A DNA stretch of 64,000 nucleotides from Alphaproteobacteria bacterium. GTDB lineage: Bacteria > Pseudomonadota > Alphaproteobacteria > UBA828. Positions 36,628-45,200 of the stretch are shown piece by piece (position 1 is the stretch's first letter; every line of letters begins with the position of its first letter). The position numbers and the translations under genes are program-made. The stretch is taken from the NCBI GenBank assembly GCA_022826665.1, contig JAJDUK010000041.1:18738-82737 (forward strand), given 5' to 3'. Under the pieces are notes generated by a model. The model did not search any database. It saw only the letters and a program-made list of their open reading frames with translations, and was not told where the DNA came from.

Positions 36628-37377
36628 TCACCGCCTACGCGCGGCAACTAGGAACTCGGTGTTGCCGTCGCGGCCCTTGATCGGGCTTTCGACCAGACCC
36701 AGCACCGGCCAGCATTCGGCCGTGAGCCAGTCCCGGATCGTTTCGCAGACTTCTGCGTGAACCGCGGGGTCGCGGACGATACCGCCCTTGCCGACGCGCC
36801 CGCGCCCCGCCTCAAACTGCGGCTTGATCAGGGCGACGAGGCGCGCGCCGGCGGCCGCGAGTGCAAGCGGCGCCGGCAGGATCGTGCGCAGGCCGATGAA
36901 GCTCGCGTCGCAGACGATGAGGTCGACCGGCTCCGGCACCTGCTCCCGCGTGAGGTAGCGCGCGTTCGTCCGCTCCAGCACCGTGACGCGGGGCTCGCCG
37001 CGTAGGCGTGCGTCAAGCTGGCCGTAGCCAACATCGACCGCGTAGACTCGCCGCGCGCCGCGCTGACAGAGCACATCGGTGAAGCCCCCGGTGGAGGCCC
37101 CGATATCCAGCGCGATCAGCCCGCTCGGGTCGATCCCGAAATGCGTGAGCGCGTGATCCAGCTTGATGCCGCCGCGCGAGACCCAAGGGTGGTCCGCGCC
37201 CCTGACCGTAAGCGCAAGTTCGCGGTCGACCTGCATGCCGGGCTTCTCGAGCCGGCGCTCGCCGGAATACACCCGGCCCGCCAACAGCAGCGCCTGCGCC
37301 TTGGCCCTGGTCTCGGCGAGCCCGCGGGCGACCAGCAGGGTGTCGAGCCTCTCCTTGCCGGGCAGTCGGCGGCTCAG
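36628..37377 (-). CDS. tlyA: TlyA family rRNA 2'-O-methyltransferase (S4 + FtsJ domains)
   Basis: The frame continues upstream of the listed ORF as KERLDTLLVARGLAETRAKAQALLLAG; WVSRGGIKL, DIGASTGGFTD, VDVGYGQL, LIKPQFE. Probable CTG start. Confidence 0.93.
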   Translation of the reverse strand: MSRRLPGKERLDTLLVARGLAETRAKAQALLLAGRVYSGERRLEKPGMQVDRELALTVRGADHPWVSRGGIKLDHALTHFGIDPSGLIALDIGASTGGFTDVLCQRGARRVYAVDVGYGQLDARLRGEPRVTVLERTNARYLTREQVPEPVDLIVCDASFIGLRTILPAPLALAAAGARLVALIKPQFEAGRGRVGKGGIVRDPAVHAEVCETIRDWLTAECWPVLGLVESPIKGRDGNTEFLVAARRR

Positions 37378-38261
37378 TGGCGCCGCTCCACGATATAGCG
37401 GGCGACGGCGCGGAGCGGTGCTGCCTTCTGGTCGAAGGCGCTGAGCGCCGCGATGGCATCATCCACCAACGCCCCGGCCCGCCGGCGTGCTTCGTCCGCG
37501 CCCAAGAGGCCCACGAAGGTGGCCTTGCCGGCAGCAGCGTCCTTGCCCACGGCCTTGCCGAGGTCGGCCTCTGTGCCCTCGTGGTCAAGCAGGTCGTCCG
37601 CGATCTGGAACGCGAGCCCGATGCAGGCGGCATAGTCGCGGAGCGCCTTGCGGGCCGCACCGTCTTCGCCCGCGAGAATGGCGCCGGCCTCGCAGGAAAA
37701 GCCGAACAGCGCGCCGGTCTTGAGCCGTTGCAGCCGGATCACCTCGTCGAGGTTGAGGTCCCGGCCTTCCGCCGCGAGGTCGATCGCCTGGCCGCCCGCC
37801 ATGCCGTCCGCCCCGGCGGCCCGCGCCAGCGCGCAGGCGATCTCGGCGCGCACCGCCGCGTCCGGGTGGCCGGCCGGCGTCGTTACCGCCTCGAAGGCAA
37901 GCGTGAGCAGAGAATCGCCTACCAGGATCGCGGTCGCCTCGTCGAAGGCGACGTGGCAGGTGGGCTTGCCGCGGCGGAGATCGTCGTCGTCCATCGCCGG
38001 CAGGTCATCGTGGACCAGCGAGTAAGTGTGCACCATCTCGATGGCGGCGGCGGTGTTGACGGACCAGGCGCGCGGCACCTCAAAGAGGTCGGCGCCGGAC
38101 AGCACCAGGAAGGGCCTGAGCCGCTTTCCGCCGGCGAAGAGGGAATAGCGCATCGCCTCGAAGAGCCGCCCGTCGGCGCCGTCAGGCGCGGGAACCAGCG
38201 ATTCAAGGGCTTCTTCTACGGCCTCCGCGGACTCGCGGAGCGCATCCTCCAGCGACCTCAC
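37374..38261 (-). CDS. ispA: Farnesyl/geranylgeranyl diphosphate synthase
   Basis: GGKRLRP, VHDDLPAMDDDDLRRGKP, LKTGAL, FQIADDLLD, GKDAAAGK. Confidence 0.95.
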   Translation of the reverse strand: MRSLEDALRESAEAVEEALESLVPAPDGADGRLFEAMRYSLFAGGKRLRPFLVLSGADLFEVPRAWSVNTAAAIEMVHTYSLVHDDLPAMDDDDLRRGKPTCHVAFDEATAILVGDSLLTLAFEAVTTPAGHPDAAVRAEIACALARAAGADGMAGGQAIDLAAEGRDLNLDEVIRLQRLKTGALFGFSCEAGAILAGEDGAARKALRDYAACIGLAFQIADDLLDHEGTEADLGKAVGKDAAAGKATFVGLLGADEARRRAGALVDDAIAALSAFDQKAAPLRAVARYIVERRH

Positions 38262-38270
38262 CCGGCGCCC

Positions 38271-38519
38271 TCAGCCAGTCTCGAACGGCTCCGTGCGGGC
38301 GGCGCCGGCCGCATCGCTGTCGATCTTCTCGACGCGAAGCTCGGCCTGCCTGAGCTTCTCCTCGCAGAACGTCTTCAGCTTGACGCCGCGCTCATAAGCC
38401 GCGATGGCCGCTTCGAGGCCGGTCTCGCCGGCCTCCAGCTCGTGCACGATCCCTTCGAGCTCGCGCATCGCGCTCTCGAAGGTCTGCGCCTCGCCGTCCT
38501 TATCGCCGCTCTCGCCCAT
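38271..38519 (-). CDS. xseB: Exodeoxyribonuclease VII small subunit
   Basis: TFESAMRELEGIVHELEAGETGLEAAIAAYERG; upstream of ispA as usual. Confidence 0.93.
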   Translation of the reverse strand: MGESGDKDGEAQTFESAMRELEGIVHELEAGETGLEAAIAAYERGVKLKTFCEEKLRQAELRVEKIDSDAAGAARTEPFETG

Positions 38520-38555
38520 GGAAGGAGTCTAAGTGGTGCCCCGAGGCGCGGCAAC

Positions 38556-38720
38556 TCAGTTGCCCGGCTCAGGATCAGCACGCAAGGCGCCGATATCCTC
38601 GAACAACTCGTCCACGTCGGCGAAGGATTTGCCCTTGCCTGCTTCCAGCTCCTTCATGGCCTTGACGGTGGTAGCGTTCGGCACCTTCACCGGGATAGAC
38701 GGTCTCTTCTCGTCGGCCAT
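38556..38720 (-). CDS. Small RelB/DinJ-like antitoxin fragment (C-terminal part only, 54 aa)
   Basis: MADEKRPSIPVKVPNATTVKAMKELEAGKGKSFADVDELFEDI matches the recalled DinJ C-terminal pattern; purine-rich RBS before ATG 38720. Confidence 0.6.
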   Translation of the reverse strand: MADEKRPSIPVKVPNATTVKAMKELEAGKGKSFADVDELFEDIGALRADPEPGN

Positions 38721-38755
38721 GGCAAAATTCCCTCTCTGGTTCCGACGCCGCCGGG

Positions 38756-39385
38756 TTAGCCCGCGACGCTGGGACGGGCGGAGACCTCGGCGTGCCAGCG
38801 CCGGGCGTTGGTGTGATCTTCCGGCAGCCCGACCTTGGCTCCCCTGGTCGCGAAGTCGACGATGCAGAGCGCGGTGATGTCGGCGACGCTGAAGCGGGAG
38901 CCCGCGATGAACCGGTTGTCCGCAAGCTGGCGCTCGATGCGGCCGTAGAAGCGGGTGAGCCGCTTCTTGCCGCGCTCCACTAGGTCGGGGATCTGCTCGA
39001 TCGGCTCGGCGAAGCCCGGCAGGCCACGGCCCGCGAACGCCGGGGTGGAGTTGCGGAACACCTCGGCCACGCCGGCGAAGCCCTCGGTCTCGGCGCGGCG
39101 CTCCCACATGTCGACCATCGCGCGGTCCCGCCGGTTCACGCCGAAGAGCGGCGGCGCCGGATACGCCTCTTCCAGATAGCGGCAGATCACCATCGCCTCG
39201 CCGATCTGCGTGCCGTCGTCGAGCTCCAGCATCGGCACGATGCGCCCGTCGTAGCGGGCGAGGTACTCGTCGGTGAGATGCGCGCCCTCGCCGGCCTCCA
39301 CCACCGGGATCTCGATGCCCTTCTCGGCCATGTAGATCAGCACCCGGCGCGGATTGGGCGCAGCCCCCCAACTGTAAAGCTTCAT
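38756..39385 (-). CDS. Glutathione S-transferase family protein
   Basis: MKLYSWGAAPNPRRV, VPMLELDDG, IGEAMVICRYLE, FSVADITA; RBS GAGGAGG. Confidence 0.92.
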   Translation of the reverse strand: MKLYSWGAAPNPRRVLIYMAEKGIEIPVVEAGEGAHLTDEYLARYDGRIVPMLELDDGTQIGEAMVICRYLEEAYPAPPLFGVNRRDRAMVDMWERRAETEGFAGVAEVFRNSTPAFAGRGLPGFAEPIEQIPDLVERGKKRLTRFYGRIERQLADNRFIAGSRFSVADITALCIVDFATRGAKVGLPEDHTNARRWHAEVSARPSVAG

Positions 39386-39417
39386 CGTCGTTCCTCCTCG
39401 GTGCGTCCTGCGGCGCC

Positions 39418-40851
39418 TCACGCCCCGATCGCGGGCCGCTTGCTCTGCCAGGGCCGGGTCGCGGACTCGAAGGCGGCAGATGCGCGGAACACGGAATGGT
39501 CGTCGTAGGGCCTCCCCACGATCTGCATCCCGATCGGCACGCCGCTGGCGGAGAACCCGGTCGGCACGCTCATCACCGGGCATTGGCTCACCTGATTGAA
39601 GCCGTAGGTCGCGATCCAGCCGCCGTAAGCCATGACCCGTACCCCGTTGATCCGAAAATCCGGGTTCGCATTGTCATGGTCGGCCTTGACCGCCGGCACC
39701 GTATTCGTCGGGCAGATCAAGATGTCGTGGGACTTGAGGATCGGCTGCAGCTGTTGCCACATCCGGCCACGTGCTTCGTAACACTGATAGAGGCGGGCGG
39801 CGCTGAGCCCGAGGCCCCGCTCTACCAGCTTCACGACGAAGGGATCCATCTCGTACTGCCAGCGGGGCAGGTATTGGCCGACGAGGCCTGCGAAGATGCC
39901 CTCCCACCAGGTCACGCAGATGTCGAGGGCGCCGTAGTCCCAGCCGAGCTCAACCTCCTCCACCTCGCAGCCGAGCTCGCGGAAGAGGGCGGCCGCGCGC
40001 CGCGTTGCCTCCTCCACCTCCGGATCGACCTGGAGGTAGCCGAGATCCATGCTGAGGGCCACCTTGAAGCCGCGGATTCCCTCGTAGGTGGCCGGCAGCC
40101 GGACCCGGCCCGGCAGGGAGCGGTGATCCTCCGGGTGTTGGCCGGACATGACGTTCTGCATCAGCGCGGCATCGGCGACGCTGCGGACGATCGGGCCGTA
40201 GTGCAGGATGGTCTCGAAGGGATGGTCGCGGTCCAGCGGGTTGCGGCCGAAGGGCGGCTTGTAGCCGAAGAGGCCGCAGGCTGCGGCCGGAATGCGGATG
40301 GAGCCGCCGCCGTCGGTGCCATCGGCAAGCGTCGCCATGCCGGCGGCGACCACCGCGCCTGCGCCGCCGGAGGAGCCGCCGGGGGTGTACTCCGGGTTCC
40401 ACGGGTTGCGCGTGACTCCCCAGAGCGGACTGTGAGTGGCGCCCGAGTGGGCGAACTCCGGCGATGTGGAGCGCATGTGCATGATGGCGCCCGCACGCAG
40501 CAGCCGGTCCACCGTGGGCGCCGTGTAGTCCGGCCTAGATTCCTCGAAAATCTTCGAGCCGAGGGTGGTGATCTCGCCCTTGACCGCGTGGAAGTCCTTG
40601 ATCGCGACTGGCACGCCTTCGAGAGCGCGCAGCCGGCCGTCGGCCTTGCCGTACTTCGTCTCGGCCTTGTGCGCCTGCTCGCGTGCCCGGTCGAAGTAGT
40701 CGTAGGTGATGGCGTTGAGCTTGGGGTTGACCGCCTGCGTGCGCGCGATCTGCGCGTCCAGCAGCTCGACGGGCGAGAGCGTGCGCGCCTTGAAGCGCGC
40801 CAGCGCCTCGCTCGCCGAGAGATAGCAAAGCTCTAGGTCCGCCGATGCCAA
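39418..40851 (-). CDS. Amidase signature family enzyme (paralog 2)
   Basis: Triad motifs AIKD, GGSSGG, GGSIR; TTG start after GGGAGG. Confidence 0.93.
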   Translation of the reverse strand: MASADLELCYLSASEALARFKARTLSPVELLDAQIARTQAVNPKLNAITYDYFDRAREQAHKAETKYGKADGRLRALEGVPVAIKDFHAVKGEITTLGSKIFEESRPDYTAPTVDRLLRAGAIMHMRSTSPEFAHSGATHSPLWGVTRNPWNPEYTPGGSSGGAGAVVAAGMATLADGTDGGGSIRIPAAACGLFGYKPPFGRNPLDRDHPFETILHYGPIVRSVADAALMQNVMSGQHPEDHRSLPGRVRLPATYEGIRGFKVALSMDLGYLQVDPEVEEATRRAAALFRELGCEVEEVELGWDYGALDICVTWWEGIFAGLVGQYLPRWQYEMDPFVVKLVERGLGLSAARLYQCYEARGRMWQQLQPILKSHDILICPTNTVPAVKADHDNANPDFRINGVRVMAYGGWIATYGFNQVSQCPVMSVPTGFSASGVPIGMQIVGRPYDDHSVFRASAAFESATRPWQSKRPAIGA

Positions 40852-40961
40852 GACTCACCTCCCGCCGCAGGACCGCCGCGCGCCGTCCTCGGCCTTGTGG
40901 CTCTGCCGCTTACGCGCGGTACGCGACCTTTCCCGCCGCCGGCGGCCGTGTTGCGCGCGCC

Positions 40962-42389
40962 CTAGATCGCGGGCCGCTTGCTCTGCCAGGGCTGGGTCGC
41001 GCCTTCGAAGGCGGCGGCCGCGCGGAACACGGAGTGATCGTCGTAGGGCCGGCCCACGACCTGCATGCCGGTCGGCACCCCGAATGAGGAGAAGCCGGTC
41101 GGCACGCTCATCACCGGGCACTGGCTCAGCAGGTTGAAGGGGTTGGTGCAGATCCAGCCGACATAGGCCATCACGCGCACCCCGTTGATCTGGAAATTGG
41201 GGTCCGCGTCGTTCTGGTCGGCCTTGACCGACGGCACCGCCAGCGTCGGGCAGATCAGGAAGTTGTAGCGCTTGAGGATCGGCTGCAACTGTTCCCACAT
41301 CCAGCCGCGGAACACCTGGCACTGGTAAAGGCGCGCGGCGCTGTGGGTCATGCCCTTCTCCAGCAGCCTGACCACGAAGGGGTCCATCTCGTACTGCCAG
41401 CGGGGCAGCAGGTGGCCCGCGATCCCGGCAAAAAGACCCTCCCACCAGGTCATCCAGCAATCTTGGACGCCCCAGTTGAAGCCGACATCGACCTCATCGA
41501 CCTCGCAGCCGAGGTCGCGCAGCACGTCCGCCGCGTGCCGCATGTTCGTCTGCACTTCCGGGTCGACCTCGAAATAGCCGAGGTTCATGGAGAAGGCGAC
41601 CTTCCAGCCGCGGATGTCATCGTACGTCATGGGCAGCCGAATCTTGTTCGGCAGGCTGCACAGGTCGTCCGGATGCGGGCCGGACATGACGTTCTGCATC
41701 AGTGCGGCGTCGGCGACGCTCCGGACCATGGGGCCGTAATGCAGGATCGTCTCCAGCGGATGGTCGCGATCCAGCGGATTGCGGCCGAAGGGAGGCTTGT
41801 AGCCGAAGATGCCGCAGGCGGATGACGGGATGCGGATCGAGCCGCCGCCGTCCGTCCCGTCGGCAAGCGTGGTCATGCCGCCGGCGACCGCCGCGCCCGC
41901 ACCGCCGGAGGAGCCGCCGGGGGTGTAGTCCAGGTTCCACGGGTTGTGCGTAACGCCCCAGAGCGGACTGTGGGTGTTGCCGGAATAGGCGAACTCCGGC
42001 GTCGTGGTGCGCAAGTGCATGATGCCGCCGGCGCGCAGCAGCCGGTCCACCGTCGCCGCCGAGTAGTCGGGCCGAAAATCCTCGAAGATCTTCGAGCCCA
42101 TGGTCGTGATCTCGCCCTTGACCGGGTGGAAGTCCTTGATGCCCACCGTCACCCCTTCGAGCGCGCGGAGCCGGCCATCGGTCTTCGCGTACTTCGCCTC
42201 GGCCTTCTGCGCCTGCTCGCGCGCGCGGTCGAAATAGTCGTAAGTGATGGCGTTGAGCTTGGGATTGACTTCCTGCGTACGTGCGATCTGCGCGTCCAGC
42301 AGCTCGACCGGTGAGAGCGTGCGCGCCTTGAAGCGCTCCAGCGCCTCGGTCGCCGTCAGATAGCAAAGCTCGAGATCTGCCGATGCCAT
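40962..42389 (-). CDS. Amidase signature family enzyme (paralog 1)
   Basis: GIKD, GGSSGG, GGSIR; colinear and highly similar to the neighbouring amidase. Confidence 0.93.
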   Translation of the reverse strand: MASADLELCYLTATEALERFKARTLSPVELLDAQIARTQEVNPKLNAITYDYFDRAREQAQKAEAKYAKTDGRLRALEGVTVGIKDFHPVKGEITTMGSKIFEDFRPDYSAATVDRLLRAGGIMHLRTTTPEFAYSGNTHSPLWGVTHNPWNLDYTPGGSSGGAGAAVAGGMTTLADGTDGGGSIRIPSSACGIFGYKPPFGRNPLDRDHPLETILHYGPMVRSVADAALMQNVMSGPHPDDLCSLPNKIRLPMTYDDIRGWKVAFSMNLGYFEVDPEVQTNMRHAADVLRDLGCEVDEVDVGFNWGVQDCWMTWWEGLFAGIAGHLLPRWQYEMDPFVVRLLEKGMTHSAARLYQCQVFRGWMWEQLQPILKRYNFLICPTLAVPSVKADQNDADPNFQINGVRVMAYVGWICTNPFNLLSQCPVMSVPTGFSSFGVPTGMQVVGRPYDDHSVFRAAAAFEGATQPWQSKRPAI

Positions 42390-42452
42390 GTTGTGCCTCC
42401 CCTTGGCCTCTCAAGGCCTCCCATTAAATGCCCGCTCGCAACGATATGTTCG

Positions 42453-43529
42453 TCAGCTGAGATGCACGACCTCCCGCCGCTTGATGCTCTCGTCGGCGGC
42501 AATGACGATGCGCAGGCTGTTGACCGCGCTATCCATGTGCTCGGAAAGATCGAGGTCCTCGCGGATCGCCTTGAGTAGGAACTCCTGTTCGCGGTCGCAC
42601 AGCTCCTGATGCGTGGGCTCGTCGGCCATGTCGACCCACTCGTCCTCGTGCACGAAGTTGTTGGCCTCGTCGATCTCGCTCGAATGACAGAGCAGCGCGT
42701 TGGTCTTGGTGTGCGAGTCGATATCGTCGGAGGCCGCGTGATCCTGCCCTTCCTGCGGCATGACGATGCTGACGCAGCCCTTGGGCCCGACCACATCCTT
42801 CACGAAGAACGCGACCTCGCTCATCATCGGGCCCCAGCCGGCCTCGTACCACCCCACCGAGCCGTCGTCGAACTCGACGTGGAGGTGGCCGTAGTTCTGC
42901 ACCTTGGTCTGGTCGGTAAGCTGGGCGCCGACGCCGTGTACGCGCACCGGCTGGGCGCCGGTCATCTGGCACATGACATCGACGTAGTGGACCCCGCAAT
43001 CGACGATCGGTGTCAACGACTCCATCAGATTGCGGTGCCAGTTCCAGGCCGGCCCCCGGCTCTGCTGATTGAGGTTCATGCGCATGACCAGTGGCTTGCC
43101 GAGAGTCTGCGCGCGCGCGATGAACTCCGTCCAGGCAGGGTGAACCCGCAGGATGTAGCCGATGACCAGCTTCTTGCCGGTGGCGCGCGCCTTGTCCACC
43201 ACCCTCTGGGCACCCTCCACGGTGGTGGCGAGCGGCTTCTCGACGAAGACGTGGCAGCCCGCATCGAACGCCTTGAGGCAGAATTCCTCGTGGGTGTTCG
43301 GATACGTGTTGATCGAGACCGCATCGGGCCGGGACTCGGCGAGCGCCTCGTCGACGTTCTCGTAGCGCGGCAGCGACGCGAGCTCGGCGGGCAGGTCGTT
43401 GCGCCCGCGAATGCTGCGGCTGCACAGCCCGACGAGCTCGAAGCCCTCGATCTTGTCGTAAGCGAGCGCGTGGCTGAGCCCCATGTTGCCGACCCCCACC
43501 ACGAGCACCTTGATTGCTCCGTTCTGCAT
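42453..43529 (-). CDS. Gfo/Idh/MocA family oxidoreductase
   Basis: VVGVGNMG, HVFVEKPLA, DCGVHYVD; ATG 43529 after GGGAGG. Confidence 0.92.
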   Translation of the reverse strand: MQNGAIKVLVVGVGNMGLSHALAYDKIEGFELVGLCSRSIRGRNDLPAELASLPRYENVDEALAESRPDAVSINTYPNTHEEFCLKAFDAGCHVFVEKPLATTVEGAQRVVDKARATGKKLVIGYILRVHPAWTEFIARAQTLGKPLVMRMNLNQQSRGPAWNWHRNLMESLTPIVDCGVHYVDVMCQMTGAQPVRVHGVGAQLTDQTKVQNYGHLHVEFDDGSVGWYEAGWGPMMSEVAFFVKDVVGPKGCVSIVMPQEGQDHAASDDIDSHTKTNALLCHSSEIDEANNFVHEDEWVDMADEPTHQELCDREQEFLLKAIREDLDLSEHMDSAVNSLRIVIAADESIKRREVVHLS

Positions 43530-43647
43530 GACCGCCTCCCGTTCTCCGTCCGCCCACCGGGCGGTGCGCAATTTCCGCCGTTGTTCGCTTTTCTTGTCGC
43601 TTATTGTGACGCTGCCCGTAGACCCGATCAAACGGCCGGACTATTTC

Positions 43648-44082
43648 TCAGTTTTCGAGCGGCGTCGCTACCATGCCCTCGATCTCGATCAGCATTCCGG
43701 GGTGGGCGAGCTCGGTCACGCCGACGAGGGTGCGCGGCGGCGGATTCGCCGGATCGAAGTGCCGGGCGGAGACCTCGTTCACGACGTTCTGCCCCGACAT
43801 GTCGGTGAGATAGATGTTGAGCTTGACGATCTGGGAGAAGTCGGCCCCCGCCACCTCCAGAATGGTGCCGATGTTGGCGAAGGTCTTCTCAGTCTGCACG
43901 CGGATGCCGCCTGCCAACCACTCGGCCTCGGCCACCGGGTCGTGCGGGTGCGCGTGATAGATCGGGATCGGACCGCACCCGGAGAATAGCAACAGCCTCG
44001 CGTCCTCGACCGCGAAGGCGGCGCTGAAGGGGCTGCGGTATTCCGGCTTGAGGGGGATATGGTGGATCGGCGTGATCGGCAT
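43648..44082 (-). CDS. RidA/YjgF/UK114 family protein
   Basis: QTEKTFANIGTILEVAG, IVKLNIYLTD, PPRTLVGV (conserved Arg), IEIEG. Confidence 0.88.
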   Translation of the reverse strand: MPITPIHHIPLKPEYRSPFSAAFAVEDARLLLFSGCGPIPIYHAHPHDPVAEAEWLAGGIRVQTEKTFANIGTILEVAGADFSQIVKLNIYLTDMSGQNVVNEVSARHFDPANPPPRTLVGVTELAHPGMLIEIEGMVATPLEN

Positions 44083-44199
44083 GGCGATGTCCCGTGGTCG
44101 GCAAAGGGGCGCCATGCTATCCCATCATCCGCATGGCCGGAACGGCGCGCACGAGCCCCAGCCGAGGCGCCGGCGCAAGACGCATGGGCGGCCCATGCC

Positions 44200-44310
44200 G
44201 ACAAGAAACTGGGGCGGTCGCGAGGACCGCCCCAGCTGGAGGACCGACCAGTCGTTTGGGAGACAGCGGGAGGGACGAAGCGCTTCGCCGTCACCCGCAA
44301 GACGATATGG
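44200..44310 (-). ncRNA. Candidate small RNA with repeated anti-SD (CCUCC/CUCCC) motifs
   Basis: Minus strand ...GTCCCTCCCGCTGTCTCCCAAACGACTGGTCGGTCCTCCAG then the terminator; intergenic location. The 5' end is unknown. Confidence 0.35.
44203..44235 (-). terminator. Rho-independent terminator-like hairpin on the minus strand
   Basis: CTGGGGCGGTC-CTCGC-GACCGCCCCAG followed by TTTCTT on the minus strand. Confidence 0.6.
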
Positions 44311-44345
44311 CCGTCGAATGTGGCATTGATGTGGCAGAATTGGGC

Positions 44346-45200
44346 ATGACGGACCCGCAAGTGGGAGGCGGCGCGGCCAGTCTAGGCCTGCGCGCAGCGT
44401 CGGCTGCGGTGCTCGTGCCCGTTGCGCTTGGCACGGCCTATCTCGGCGGTCCCGTCTTCATCGCAGCAGTGGGAGCGGCAGGCGTGCTCGCCTGGCTCGA
44501 ATGGCGCAGGCTGCTCGGCCGGCCGGCGATTGATGTCGCCGCGGCGGTCGGCATCGCGGGCCTGGCCGCGGTCTGCGCGCTTTTCGCGGTGATCGGAACG
44601 GCTGCCGCCGCCGGCGCCGCTGCGGCGGCCGCTCTCGTGGTCGCAGGCGCAGAACGCGGCGGGCTGCGCGTGCGCGCGGCGGGATTGGCGGGAGCCGGCA
44701 TCATCCTCCTTCTCGTCGTCGCCTCGCTCACGCTGCGCGGGGACGATCCAGCGGGCCGGGCGACCGTCTTCTGGCTCTTTGCCGTGGTCTGGGCAAGCGA
44801 CACCGGCGCGTATCTGGCCGGGCGAACGATTGGCGGCCCGCGTCTCGCGCCGCGCATCAGCCCGGCCAAGACCTGGGCCGGTGTCGCGGGCGGCGTGGCG
44901 GCGGCGTTGGGCGCGAGCATCCTGCTCGGCTGGCTGATGCCGTTCGCCGGCTGGGTGGCGGAACGCCCGAGCCTCGCCGTGCTGGCAGTTGCCGGCGTGC
45001 TTGGCTCGATCGTTGGGCAGATGGGCGACCTCGCCGAGTCCGCCCTCAAGCGGCGCGTCGGCGCCGATGACTCGGGCCGTTTGATCCCCGGCCACGGCGG
45101 CATTCTGGACCGGGGCGACTCGTTCGCCGCCGCCGCCTTCGCGTTGATCCTCGCGACCGCGATTAGTGGGGGAGTGCCACCCTGGTCTTACTCGCCCTGA
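44346..45200 (+). CDS. cdsA: Phosphatidate cytidylyltransferase
   Basis: VWASDTGAYLAG, LAPRISPAKTWAG, GDLAESALKR, IPGHGGILDRGDS. Confidence 0.93.
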   Translation: MTDPQVGGGAASLGLRAASAAVLVPVALGTAYLGGPVFIAAVGAAGVLAWLEWRRLLGRPAIDVAAAVGIAGLAAVCALFAVIGTAAAAGAAAAAALVVAGAERGGLRVRAAGLAGAGIILLLVVASLTLRGDDPAGRATVFWLFAVVWASDTGAYLAGRTIGGPRLAPRISPAKTWAGVAGGVAAALGASILLGWLMPFAGWVAERPSLAVLAVAGVLGSIVGQMGDLAESALKRRVGADDSGRLIPGHGGILDRGDSFAAAAFALILATAISGGVPPWSYSP

